From Octopus sinensis (taxonomy: Eukaryota), in contig NC_043001.1 in assembly GCF_006345805.1 (NCBI RefSeq), positions 132,246,001 through 132,310,000 on the forward strand: a stretch of 64,000 bases of DNA. Reading direction: 5' to 3'. A program made the translations under genes and the position numbers. This document shows positions 13,300-25,210 of the stretch, one piece after another (positions within the stretch are counted from its first letter, which is position 1; each line of letters starts with the position of its first letter). Below the pieces are notes generated by a model. It did no database searches, was not told the origin of the DNA, and saw only the letters and a program-made list of their open reading frames with translations.

Positions 13300-13597
13300 T
13301 ATGTATGTATGTAGGAGCATGCATTTGTGCCTTTACATCTTCTACTACTTAGTTGAAAGTTGTGAGGCAATGTAATTGTTTTCAGTGCTCCTACATACAA
13401 AAAGAGAATCACTCACTAATTGCATGTTTTTGAAAGATGTTTTTGATCCCTTACTTGAAAGACATGTAAGGATTTGCAACAGGGAGAGCATCTGCATTTG
13501 GCTATAAATGCATGATTCAATGACATATTCAATAAAGCCATGAAATCTTTAAAAATTAACTCAAAACAAAACACCAATTTCAAATTAGTGAATGATA

Positions 13598-13635
<38 letters not shown>

Positions 13636-13636
<1 letters not shown>

Positions 13637-13863
13637 CTCTTTTACTCTTTTACTCTTTTACTTGTTTCAGTCATTTGACTGCGGCCATGCTGGAGCACTG
13701 CCTTAAATCGAGCAACTCGACCCCGGGACTTATTCTTTTGTAAGCCCAGCACTTATTCTATCGGTCTCTTTTGCCGAACCGCTAAGTAACGGGGACGTAA
13801 ACACACCAGCATCGGTCGTCAAGCAATGCTAGGGGGACAAACACAGACACACAAACACACACA

Positions 13864-13909
<46 letters not shown>

Positions 13910-14075
13910 TACGATGGGCTTCTTTCAGTTTCCGTCTACCAAATCCACTCACAAGGCTTTGGTCGGCCCGAGGCTATAGTAGAAGACACTTGCCCAAGGT
14001 GCCACGCAGTGGGACTGAACCCGGAACCATGTGGCTGGTAAACAAGCTACTTACCACACAGCCACTCCTGCGCCT
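13636..14075 (-). mobile_element. SINE family A, full length
   Basis: Matches the family consensus end to end. Confidence 0.94.
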
Positions 14076-14445
14076 ATATACATATACTTATACACATACC
14101 TATGTATACATATATATATATACACATGTATATACATATATACATACATATAACAAAGGGTAAAATTAATTAATTAACTTGTAATCAATAATTTCACCAA
14201 GTCGAATTCGGCATGAAAAAGGACCATCTCTCGGTAAACTTAGGTAATACTTTATAATTAGGGTTCATCAAAGATTTGCTTTACCACATACCAAAGTTTA
14301 GAAATAGCAGCCAAAGAACCTTAGCTATTTCCTCTACTTTAAAAAGAAACTCCCGGACAGGAACAAAGTACTCGGAAACAATCCACACAGGCATACATAC
14401 ATATACATACATATACATACATATATGTATATATATATGTGCATA

Positions 14446-14775
14446 GGGTAAAGAACCTCTTCGGTCATGAATGACCATAAGATTGCACCTAGAAAGTTAC
14501 CCTCCAAGGCACAAGTCCGAGCAAGTTTGTTTATGGAAGATTATCAGTTACCCATGCCTAGCAGCCTCCCCTCTCCACACCATCGATGTTAGCCAAGGAA
14601 AGGCAAAAGCTGGTACAGCTTGGCAACAGTTATGTCACAACTCATTTCTACAAATGAGTGAATTGGAGCAATGTGAAATTAAATGTCTAGCTCAAGAACA
14701 CACCACGCAGCCCAGTCCAGTCCAGGAATTCATGATTGTGAATTCAATGCTCTAACCACTAAGACATGTGCCTTC
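14446..14775 (-). mobile_element. SINE family D, older copy
   Basis: Reverse complement of 29458-29790 (tcggtcatgaatgaccat..gattgcacctagaaagttaccctcc). Confidence 0.85.
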
Positions 14776-15227
14776 ATATGTGTCAAAAATATATATATAT
14801 ATATATATATATATAGATATATATATATAATAAATATAATAATAATAATAAATACATATGCATATATACATACATATGTACGTACCTACCTCTACATGTA
14901 TATATACATGCATATATGGGTACAGGACACCAAAAAAAACGTTGAACACAATGAGAAACGAAAACATAAACACAAAACCAAGGAACTGGACATTTTTCTT
15001 AAACAACGAAAAAATAGAGTACAGGACAAATAACACAAGGAAAATTCCCCTTCTTCAGTCACCATGGTTTCATCTACTCTGTGTTTCAAAGGTGAAGGCG
15101 ATACGCATCTTATATATATATATATATGTAAATTTATGGACATACATATCTATACATATATGTAAATATATATATATATCTGGTCATGTAGTTAGAATGT
15201 TCACTGCAATCATAAGATTTGTATAAT

Positions 15228-15482
15228 CTTTGTATTTTGAGAGTTTCTCTGTTTCTTTTAGAGATACATTGTCATCTGTTAGGACTGATATCTCGCTTAG
15301 AAGGCATTTTTTCTTGATGATCTCTGACAACTATATCCAGTCTATTAGCCTTGATTTCTCTATCTGTGTGTATTGGCATATCCCAGAGTATGGTTGCTTT
15401 GTCATTTTCTGAGATCTTGTCTATAGCATCTTTTTTTTTTTGTTATAATTCCATAGTGTTGGCATAGCTTCCAATGTATCTA
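15228..15482 (-). mobile_element. R4/Dong-like non-LTR retrotransposon fragment (restriction-like endonuclease domain)
   Basis: Translates, with frameshifts, to HWKLCQHYGI..ENDKATILWDMPIHTDREIKANRLDIVVRDHQE..SVLTDDNVSLKETEKLSKYK, matching the ILWD..NRPD..EKxxKY RLE pattern. Confidence 0.85.
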
Positions 15483-15665
15483 GAATTCCTGAACCGGGTA
15501 ATGCATTGTGTTCTTGGCAAAAACATTTCATTTCACATTGTTCCATTTCACTCAGCTGGCAGAACCGAGCATTCCTACGATGGACTGGTGCATCATTCAT
15601 TAATGAATATATACACTACTGGATCTAGAAAACCAGCCTTATGATCCAATGGCTCAGGACAGACT

Positions 15666-16121
15666 TTAACCCTTTAGCATTCAGATTACTCTATGAAAAG
15701 TTTTCCTTATTTATTCACATCGTTTTGAATTAATCATGCATTATACTTGTAGCTATGAGATTTTGATGAAGTAAATGTTAATTCTTTAGAATGATATTGT
15801 AAGGCTGGAGTGAGAAACTAGACCTGGCCAGCTTGAACACAAATTAGGTAGAATATTTAGGCCAGACATGGCCAATTTAACCATTTCGATACCAACCCTG
15901 CTGAAACCACCTCTGGCACTGTAGTACAAATGTCTTATTTTCATAAGTTTTGAATTAAAGTCTTCCACCAAACCTAAGTCACAATTTATGTTTCTAACAT
16001 TAGCTTAATGATAACTAAGTTATTTTACTAAATTCTTTGTTATATTTAAAATTTATTGAAAGAAACACAGAGCATCTCAAAATAAATATGGTAACAAAAG
16101 GGTTAAATAGTAAATTGTTAG
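15666..16121. mobile_element. piggyBac-type MITE family 1 with family 2 MITE (15877-16106) nested in an internal TTAA
   Basis: TTAA-CCCTTT / AAAGGG-TTAA termini. The inner element is bounded by TTAA at both ends and matches 36511-36735 in reverse. Confidence 0.85.
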
Positions 16122-16974
16122 TCCTTTTTATATATACATACATACATACATACATACATACATACATACATACATGCATGCATGCATGCATTCACACACA
16201 AGATATTGCTCAACCCACAGCTACAGATGATACCTCTTCAGTGTCCCATGCAATGTGATGAAACTCAGACCATGAACTACATGGTTGTATTTTTCTAAAG
16301 CACACAGCTATATCTACACCAATTCTGTGCATTGATACAGAAAATAATACACTTGAAAACAGTGGAGCTAAGTTTCCCTTTCTGTACAAAATTGTTCCAA
16401 ACATCCACTTTCACATATACAAAACCTCTCATTTAAAAATTTTTATATTTAAAATTAAATTCTACCATAATTTTGTGTTATAGACTCTGGCTATAACACA
16501 AAACTTTATGACAAAATTTCTTATTTTACTAAATCTCTGCAATTTCTTGATTATTTTCATATTAATTCAAATGACTGAAACGAGTGACAAAATATATATA
16601 TATATATACATACATATATATAAACATATTGAGAAGTAAATGTAAAGATAAGCAAATTAAGCAGGTCAATATACAAAGTATATCAAACACATGAAATGCA
16701 GAAAATGAATGTATGTTTACATAAAAAAAGGTCTGACTTACACAGAATAGAAATATCAAGAATGAAAGGGGTTGCAGAAAAGTATTACAAACCCAGCATT
16801 TATGTGATTTAGCTGATGAATACTGGACATTTGTATTTGTTGCAATATTTGCAGCTTCAAATAAAATTGCTCTTAGTATGAAGCAATTGTACTAAACTAC
16901 TAATCCATTCTTGTTGCTTTTTCTTGCTTTTTTCTGGTTATTTCTATATATATATATATACACACACATACACA

Positions 16975-17129
<155 letters not shown>

Positions 17130-17499
17130 CTATATGTATATATAATATATATATGTATATCTGGCCATCACTAAAATCATAAGATTGTTGTTTCAATCCT
17201 TGAACATTGTGTTCTTGGAAAAGACACTTCATTTCAAATTGTTCCATTCAACTCAGCTGGCAGAAATGAGTTCCTCTATGATGGACTGGTGTATTAGATG
17301 TGGTTAGAAAATATGAACACAAAATACATGAAAGTAAAAATTATACACAATTTTAAAAGGCTACATATAGTTACAAAAGGTATAGTTTAATCTTCACATC
17401 CAATGCTGCTCATATACATTATTACTTCTCTTCTGTTATGCTTTATTTTTGGTGTGGGTGGGGAGACGATTTAGCATCTAGTTAGCTCTGAAATTGAAC

Positions 17500-18017
17500 A
17501 GCCCTATGATGAACGATGTTCTTGTCATGACCATCTTCTCTTGATTCTAGACTGTTGCATTCATTTTTTTTTTAATTAGCAGAGAGGGATTTGAGGGAGA
17601 TTTGGCTGCTATTTCTAGAAGATTGAACAAGTAGATAGAGACTTTACACATTGTTAGCATTCACATGTGTACATAATAATTTATCAAAGATAAATAGATT
17701 TAGACCCTAATATACCACATACAACTTTAAATATTTTAAAATTCAATTTTCACCATTTTTCAGTTGCAAATGAAAAATATTAACATAACCTAAATAACTT
17801 CATGTTATTGTTTAGCCTTTATTTAGCCCTAATGTGTAAACATATGATTAAGGCGTTCCAGTTATAGCCATCCTGTCTTTTTGTACCCCATTACACATTG
17901 TTTCAGTGTCCATTTTCTCCCTTTTTATATTTAAGTTGACAGAGATATGGCTGCTATTTCTAAGATACAGATTAGCCACATATGGCTCCCTCACTGGGTT
18001 GCTGATAATCTGTTATC

Positions 18018-18057
<40 letters not shown>

Positions 18058-18135
18058 TGTGTGTGCATTGTGTGTGCATTGTGTGAGTGCATGTGTGTGT
18101 GTGTGTGTGTGTGTGTGAGTGTGTAGTGTGTGTGT

Positions 18136-18175
<40 letters not shown>

Positions 18176-18201
18176 TGTGTGTGAGTGTGTAGTGTGTGTG
18201 T

Positions 18202-18251
<50 letters not shown>

Positions 18252-18690
18252 AATAAAACCAATTAACAAAGCTAAACAATAAGTAACTTGTTTTGGAAAT
18301 ATTTTCTTTTCTTCTGCGAATGAACATTTAAAGGGATGGAAGATTTTATTTTTTTTGGTTTCCTTATTATTCCTATTTTAATTTTGGTTTGGGGGGGGGG
18401 TTGAGCTAATTTGTAGTAATAAAATGAAAATGTAGACACAGTGAGAAAATAATTTTCTGTGTTTCTACCATATTTCCAATTTTTTTTTTATGTGGTTGTT
18501 TAGAAACCAGGAGAAGCTATATTAGACAGACCAGTGATCAAAGGCTTTCCACCTGTGACCAAACCTTCATATATTGATAGTATGTCTGAAATATACTAGT
18601 GAATGTGTCCTTCCTCTTTCTGTTATGATGACAGAATATGAATCTGAAGGATTTGGTTGTTATGTCTAGCAGCCTGATCAACCACATACT
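17500..18690. mobile_element. Three decayed copies of an old SINE-like repeat (17510-17640, 17830-17990, 18510-18690) plus (GT)n at 18020-18245
   Basis: Shared motifs gatcaaaggc.ttccag.catgaccatc and gatttgagggagatttggctgctatttctag; also at 28550, 39480 and (reversed) ~570. Confidence 0.65.
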
Positions 18691-19352
18691 ACCTTAAAAT
18701 ATAAAATTAGAAAACTTTATCCTGGGACTGATATAAATTATGATTGCTATTAAATAGCAGTGAATATACAACTTATGATATTAAATTATTTTAAGGAAAA
18801 AACTAGGAATAAAATTATATATACTTAGTATATTTAAGTTATTAACAGGTAATTAAAAATTTGATTTTATGATAATTATTATTCAAAGTTAAATCATGAT
18901 AAACCAGATTTTCTTATTTCCAATGAACATTTATAAACAGAAATTTATTGTAAAGTACACACACAAATTCACACATACACACACACACACATACAAGAAA
19001 ATATACTGGATATAAATGAAGAGAAAAATTGGGCTCTATGTATGCTCGCAAGTGTTTATGTTATTTTCTTTATAAATATTTGTTATATCTATACTCATGC
19101 TTATATTTCACATCTATGTATGTATACAGGCATGTAAATATACATAGCGTGTATGTTCTGTGTATGTAAGCATACACACTACGTATATTTACATTCAATA
19201 TACAAAAATATGTCAGAATATTTACAGTAAACATTTGCATTCAGGGTAAATAAATAAATTAATAGCTTGATGGATCTATTTTGCTATCTACTGAATGTAA
19301 ATATTTGAATGCATAGAGCAACAATTAATGTTATATGTATATATGTGTATAT

Positions 19353-19390
<38 letters not shown>

Positions 19391-19397
19391 TATATAT

Positions 19398-19428
<31 letters not shown>

Positions 19429-19867
19429 ATACATATATATATATATAGACACATACTTACACACATACACACAAACACACACATAACCATAATTTAAATG
19501 CCTGCTTTTTCATGCTTACAAGGATCAGACATAGGTTGTTTATGTAGATTTTCTACAGCTGGATACTCTTCCTGTTGCCAACCCTCGTCTATTTCCAAGC
19601 AAGGTAATATTTTCCCCTAGCCAGAGATGATTTTGCAGATTATTGGAAATGAATGACAACGCTTGTACGACAATGACAATCACATACAACCATCATGCAC
19701 TGTCAAAACAAGGAAACACACACACACACACACACATACATGCACACAAACCTACATATATAACATATGTATATGTGGCTATTTGTAGAGTTAAAAAACC
19801 TGAAACATACGACAGGCTTCTTTTAATTTCCCTTTCCACCCATACACACACATATATATATTTGTAT

Positions 19868-20070
19868 ATGTAGATAAATGAAAGAATGGAGTCGAACAAC
19901 GATTTAACAAAATTCCTTTATTCTCGACATATGTTTCGAAGGCTGCATATTCCTAATTTCGAAGGAATAAGGGGTGCATTATGCCGCCTTCTCATCCGGA
20001 AAGACAAGGAACTTATGTCAGCATCATGACGAACAAAAACTTTTAGATGACTGCCCACATGGAGTCCATA
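19868..20070 (-). mobile_element. Penelope-like terminal-repeat fragment carrying a hammerhead motif
   Basis: Hammerhead core followed at once by AATAAA, embedded in TA-rich repeats. Confidence 0.6.
19922..20002 (-). ncRNA. Type I minimal hammerhead ribozyme (one core mismatch)
   Basis: uuuc-CGGAUGA-gaaggcggcau..augcagccuuc-GAAAC-auau-GUC^gaga: stems I, II and III in canonical order. U4 of CUGANGA is G here. Confidence 0.7.
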
Positions 20071-20152
20071 TTTGTATATGTATATATAATGCTATAGGTC
20101 TAGAGCAGTGACTGAGATTTATTTGGTTAGGAATAAGAGTGAGAAAATTTGT

Positions 20153-20322
20153 AGGCAGGAGTGGCTGTGTGGTAAGTAGCTTGCTAACCAACCACATGGG
20201 TCCGGGTTCAGTCCCACTGCGTGGCATCTTGGGCAAGTGTCTTCTACTATAGCCCCGGGCCGACCAATGCCTTGTGACTGGATTTGGTAGACGGAAACTG
20301 AAAGAAGCCTGTCGTATATATG

Positions 20323-20355
<33 letters not shown>

Positions 20356-20564
20356 TTGTGTTTGTCCCCCTAGCATTGCTTGACAACCGATGCTGGTGTG
20401 TTTACGTCCCCATCACTTAGCGGTTCGGCAAAAGAGACTGATAGAATAAGTACTGGGCTTACAAAGAATAAGTCCCGGGGTCGATTAACTCGACTAAAGG
20501 CGGTGCTCCAGCATGGCCGCAGTCAAATGACTGAAACAAGTAAAAGAGTAAAAGAGTAAAAGAG
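20153..20564 (+). mobile_element. SINE family A, full length
   Basis: A-box-like gtggctgtgtggtaag, B-box-like ggttcagtccc, internal (TA)n(TG)n, tail (gtaaaaga)n. Confidence 0.95.
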
Positions 20565-20656
20565 GCAAAAAAACTGAGAGTAAAGTCTCCCCCCAAAAAA
20601 TGAGTAACCCAAAAATTAAGGCAAACTGAATGATCAATACAAATAGCAAGTCTTAC

Positions 20657-20779
20657 CAAAAAAAGTTCATTCAGTCTAGCTTCTGTAGAATTAGTAAATG
20701 AAGATGCAGTTTGATATTTAGCAAAGGAGCCAAAGTTTGCAGTAAGGGAGAGTTTATTACTCAGGAAGATGGATTTCTT
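20657..20779 (-). CDS. Weak candidate exon, 123 nt, phase 0-0 (or 26-nt version 20657-20682)
   Basis: Donor ttg|gtaaga; acceptors ttcaattag| or tactaattctacag|; one open frame ending TEARLNELFL. Confidence 0.18.
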
Positions 20780-21182
20780 CTAATTGAAATCAAGCAGGTA
20801 TATATTTATACTATACTAGATAAGAAAAATCTGTTCCATAAATAGATATGGTTGAGCAATGTATAGTGTTGAAAGCTTGTTAGGCTATCTTTCAGACCCA
20901 GTTTTTTATGTTTATTTTTTATGGATAAAAAAAAAAGCTAAGTCTTCTTGTCATGGCATTGACTTTCTGAAGGATATGCAGTATTCTAGAAGAACCACTT
21001 AAAGGATTTTTTTTTTGTTATAGAGTGAAAGGACCATTTATACCGGGATTGGGTTCAGAGAGTTGATTATGATATATAATTCTTTCTTATCAGATTTGCA
21101 TCCATTGTTGTATGTGCGTGAGTGTGTGTATGTATCAATACACATGCACACACACTCACACACACATGTATATAAATGTGTA

Positions 21183-21215
<33 letters not shown>

Positions 21216-21349
21216 TATAATCAGGGAGGCCAGTTTATGGGATTACCCTGGATTTCTCACTCATAAGGGGTTTGACTTTACAAACACTACTGACCTAAGA
21301 CCTCTTCAAAATATGGAGGGGGAAATGCCAAGGACATACAGACATATGT

Positions 21350-21520
21350 ACATGCATACACACATAAATACATACATATATACATACATACATACATACA
21401 TACATACTTACATACATACGTACGTACGTACGTACATACATACATACATACATACATACATACATACATACATACACACATACATACATACATACATACA
21501 TACATACATACATACATACA

Positions 21521-21555
<35 letters not shown>
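21350..21555. repeat. (TACA)n microsatellite
   Basis: Directly visible. Confidence 0.95.
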
Positions 21556-22251
21556 GCCTGCATCCACAATGGTTTTGGTTACAGCAGCTGATATTATACT
21601 TGAAATGATTTATTTTAAGGCTATGATGTCTCGAATTTATACAAGAGGGCAAAATAAGTCATTGTATGTGACACTGATACCTTTTCTATTGACATTAGTA
21701 ATGTTGTAAAGGTGACTGCTGTTATAAGTGTAAGACAGGACTATTTGTAATATTTTATACCAGCTATAGACCCTAGGGTAAAATATAATAATAATAACAA
21801 TGATAATAATCCTATTATAAATTTGAGTGATATTTCTCTGTCCACTATGTTCTTATGTTTGTTAACTCCTCCTAGACCAGTGGTACAAGGACAACGGAAC
21901 TCAAACCAGCAACTCCCCTAACCTCAAGGAATGCCCTAATGATGTCTATTTTTTTTTAAGGGCTGTCTAATGGGGCCTCACTGACCCTACCTATTTTTAT
22001 TGCTTATCAAACTAAATACATGGCATTGGCAACCTAATCGGAGCAATGACAATGAATTTCATCCCATGAACCCCCAGGGAGTATCGGAAGGAGGTTAAAT
22101 TTCTGAAGGGTCGCTTAAATGGGACCATTTTGACACTCCTATTTTTACTGTATTTACCTCAATCCTTTGCAGAAATAAGTTTGGGCATTCTAAATACCTT
22201 CATGTACAGTCAAATCAAGGTAAAGTGTTATAACAGGTAAGTTTCAAGTGT

Positions 22252-22479
22252 GGTGAGCTGGCAGAAACGTTAGCACGCCGGGTGAAATGCTTAGCGGTAT
22301 TTCGTTTGCTGCTACGTTCTGAGTTCAATTTCCGCCGAGGTCGACTTTGCCTTTCATCCTTTCGGGGTCGACAAATTAAGTAGCAGCTACGCACTGGGGT
22401 CGATATAATCGACTTAATCCCTTTGTCTGTCCTTGTTTGTCCCCTCTGTGTTTAGCCCCTTGTGGGTAATAAAGAAATA
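22252..22479 (+). mobile_element. SINE family B
   Basis: TSD aggta(a/c)gtttcaagtgtgg. Confidence 0.93.
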
Positions 22480-22546
22480 GGTACGTTTCAAGTGTGGATA
22501 TTTATATTTTGTAGTTTATGAAACTTATATCTAGTAATAATAATAA

Positions 22547-22826
22547 GCGCACCTATGGAAAATGAAGAAGGTGAAGATAGTACCAATCATTGTTGGGTCC
22601 TTAGGAACAGTATCAGAAGGGATCAAGGAGATAATATATAGGAAATTGGAATAGAGTGCCCAGTAGAACTGTTACAAAAGGTTTGCAACCTTTGCATGGC
22701 CAGAATAATCAGGAAAGTATTAGATAGCTGAAAAAAATGGATAGCATGGTACCGTAGGCTGCAGGTAGCAAGCCCGCTACACATGTAAGACTCATGGAGC
22801 TCCAACAAAACCTGTAATAAAGAGAA
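22547..22826 (+). mobile_element. R4/Dong-like LINE 3' end in a (TAA)n/(TGA)n tract
   Basis: LWKMKKVKIVPIIVGSLGTV..EIGIECPVELLQKVCNLCMARIIRKVLDS*, the typical RLE-element C-terminus, followed by a short UTR. Confidence 0.85.
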
Positions 22827-22859
22827 ATAATGATGATGATGATGATGATGATGATAATA

Positions 22860-23072
22860 ATAATCCTTTCTATTAAAGGCACAAGACCTAAAATTTTGTG
22901 GAGATGGGGAAAGTCAATCACATTGACTCTACTACTTGATTGGTACATAATTTATTGACCCCAAAAGGATAAAGGTAAAGTCGACCAAAGTAGAATTTGA
23001 ACTCAGAACATAAAGATGGATAAAATACCGCTATGTATTTTGCCCGGCATGCTAACAATTCTGCCAGCTCAC
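22860..23072 (-). mobile_element. Older SINE B subfamily with a different tail (..cttgtgcct..agaaaggattattatt)
   Basis: Same head and core as family B, different 3' end. Also at 30316-30515, 30587-30805, 49220-49440 and 1860-2060. Confidence 0.8.
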
Positions 23073-23159
23073 AAATAACAACAATAATGATGTTAATAAT
23101 ACTAATAATAATAATAATGATAATAATAATAATAATAATAATCATAATAACAATAATAA

Positions 23160-23422
23160 GAGAATGATCCCTGGCTTACCATCCCTGCAAGAAGTGCAAA
23201 AGATTGTCTTAACTGGTACATCACACGTATTGAGAAGAGCATTGTCGATGTGAGAACTATTAGTACCCATGTATTTTAATTTAACTTTAAAAAAAAAAAA
23301 ATGAACGAACTAGTGAGTTTAGTTTAATGGCCTACCAATGTATACTATGAGTTTCTCTACCCAAGGAGTCGGGAAGACACTCGGCAAGAAATGGAAGCAA
23401 ATTTGAAAGAAGAAAAAAAAAA
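23160..23422 (+). mobile_element. Second R4/Dong-like LINE 3' end in a (TAA)n tract
   Basis: RMIPGLPSLQEVQKIVLTGTSHVLRRALSM* plus UTR, flanked both sides by (TAA)n. Confidence 0.85.
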
Positions 23423-23457
23423 GTAATAATAATAATAATAATAATAACAAAAATAAT

Positions 23458-24110
23458 TTCATTTATTTGCCACTAGGGCGAAGGATGAGGGGGACACTAC
23501 TGAGACAGACATAAAGGGTGGGGGTTTACATATGATAATGAAATAAAAAAAAAGAAAGGAAAAAATAAGTTACATAGTATACACTGAAAAAGGATTTTTT
23601 TTTTTTTTACCTTTGAATGTATGCATAGCATACAAAGGTAAAAAAAAATTGGCAGGGAGGATGATAGAGATGTGGCCCTCCTGATACAAGAAGGCCTCTA
23701 GGGATAATCAAAGAACCCCACTGTTTGAGATTTCACTGAAACCCTAGGAGCAAGTGCCCTCTCTAATTCCTTCTCTCCAACTCAAAGGTCTACACTTAGA
23801 AAGGTACCATCCACTCTTGCCATTTTCACAACTTCCACCCACCTTTCAATAAAATCACTTGGGGAGAGCACTTCCCTTTCCACACTCAGTTTCCTCTTCA
23901 AGTGAAACTTGAAAAAGTCAATGAGAACTCTACCAAAGAGGAATGTGTCTGTCCTCATGTCTTTCAGCCTCGTCCACCAAACAACCTCTTTCACCACAGC
24001 CACCAGTCAAAAGAAAACTGCTTTGCCTGCCCAACTGAAGGAGGGCAACAGTGCAATCATCGCTACAGATTTGGCTGACAGATGGATCCGTCAACAGTTG
24101 GTACATCCTT
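23458..24110 (-). mobile_element. L1/Tx1-like LINE 3' fragment (ORF2 C-terminus and 3' UTR)
   Basis: LVAVVKEVVWWTR..FFKFHLKRKL..FIERW resembles the post-RT KxxIWxxR..FxxxW region; in-frame stop upstream. Confidence 0.7.
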
Positions 24111-24237
24111 TTTGCTGTTGGTACATCCTTTCTGCTGTGGCACCATGTATAAAATTATTTTGTCAGTCAGCTCAAGTACCTTTAACATTTCTCACTCAAT
24201 GGATAGATAATATAGCTAGCTTTTGTATAAATTATTT

Positions 24238-24467
24238 TTAACCCTTTAACATTTAAAACCGGCCATATCCGGCCAAAAGTATTCTGCCTGTTTTATGTCC
24301 AAACTGGACAGATCTGGTCTCTCACACCAACCCTACAATATTGTTTTAAAAATTAACAGCTACCTCATCAAAATCTCATAGCTACAAGATAATGCATGAT
24401 TAGTTCAAAACAATGTGGATGAAGAAGCATTAACTTTGGCAGAATAATGCAAACACTAAAGAGTTAA
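24238..24467. mobile_element. piggyBac-type MITE family 1
   Basis: TTAA-CCCTTTA ... TAAAGAG-TTAA; reverse complement of 26183-26411. Confidence 0.92.
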
Positions 24468-24680
24468 AAGTCTTCAAATAATTCATCCAACTTTAAGAAG
24501 AAAACAAACATTCACATCATGACTATATTTATGTTTAAATAGCAGGTTTCCACTCCTCCCACTTTTCAAATGAAAATAGAAAGCTGTCATGAGGAGTGAG
24601 ATAAAAAAATGATGACAATTTCACTACATGTCCAGTGATCAGAATTGATTAAGTAAAATAAACAAAAGGATAATATACAT

Positions 24681-24732
<52 letters not shown>

Positions 24733-24735
<3 letters not shown>

Positions 24736-25210
24736 TCATTTAATGTCCACTTTTCATGCTAGCATGGGTTGGACGATTTGACTGAGGTCTGGTGAACCAA
24801 ACTCCAATCTGATCTGGCAGAGTTTCTACAGCTGGATGCCCTTCCTATTGCCAACCACTCCGAGAGTGTAGTGGGTGCTTTCATGTGTCACTGGCACCAG
24901 GGCCAGTTTGGTGGAACTGGCAACAGCCACACCTAAATGGTGCTTTTTATGTGCCACCTGCACAGGAGCCAGTCCAGCGGCACCTCTGCAGGTGGCACAT
25001 ATATATTGTCTTTTACTTGTCATTAGACTGTGACCTTGAAGAATTTTTAGTCAAATGAATTGACTCCAAAACTATTTTTTTTTAAAGCTGGATAATTATT
25101 CTGCCCGTCCCTTTTGTCAAACCACTAAGTTACAGAGATGTAAACACAGCAATACCAGTTGTCAAGCAGTAGTAGGAGACAAATACAGACACAAAGACAC
25201 ATACACACAC
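24733..25210 (-). mobile_element. SINE E (24733-24990) followed by a decayed SINE A 3' half
   Basis: Similarity to other copies in the window. Confidence 0.8.
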
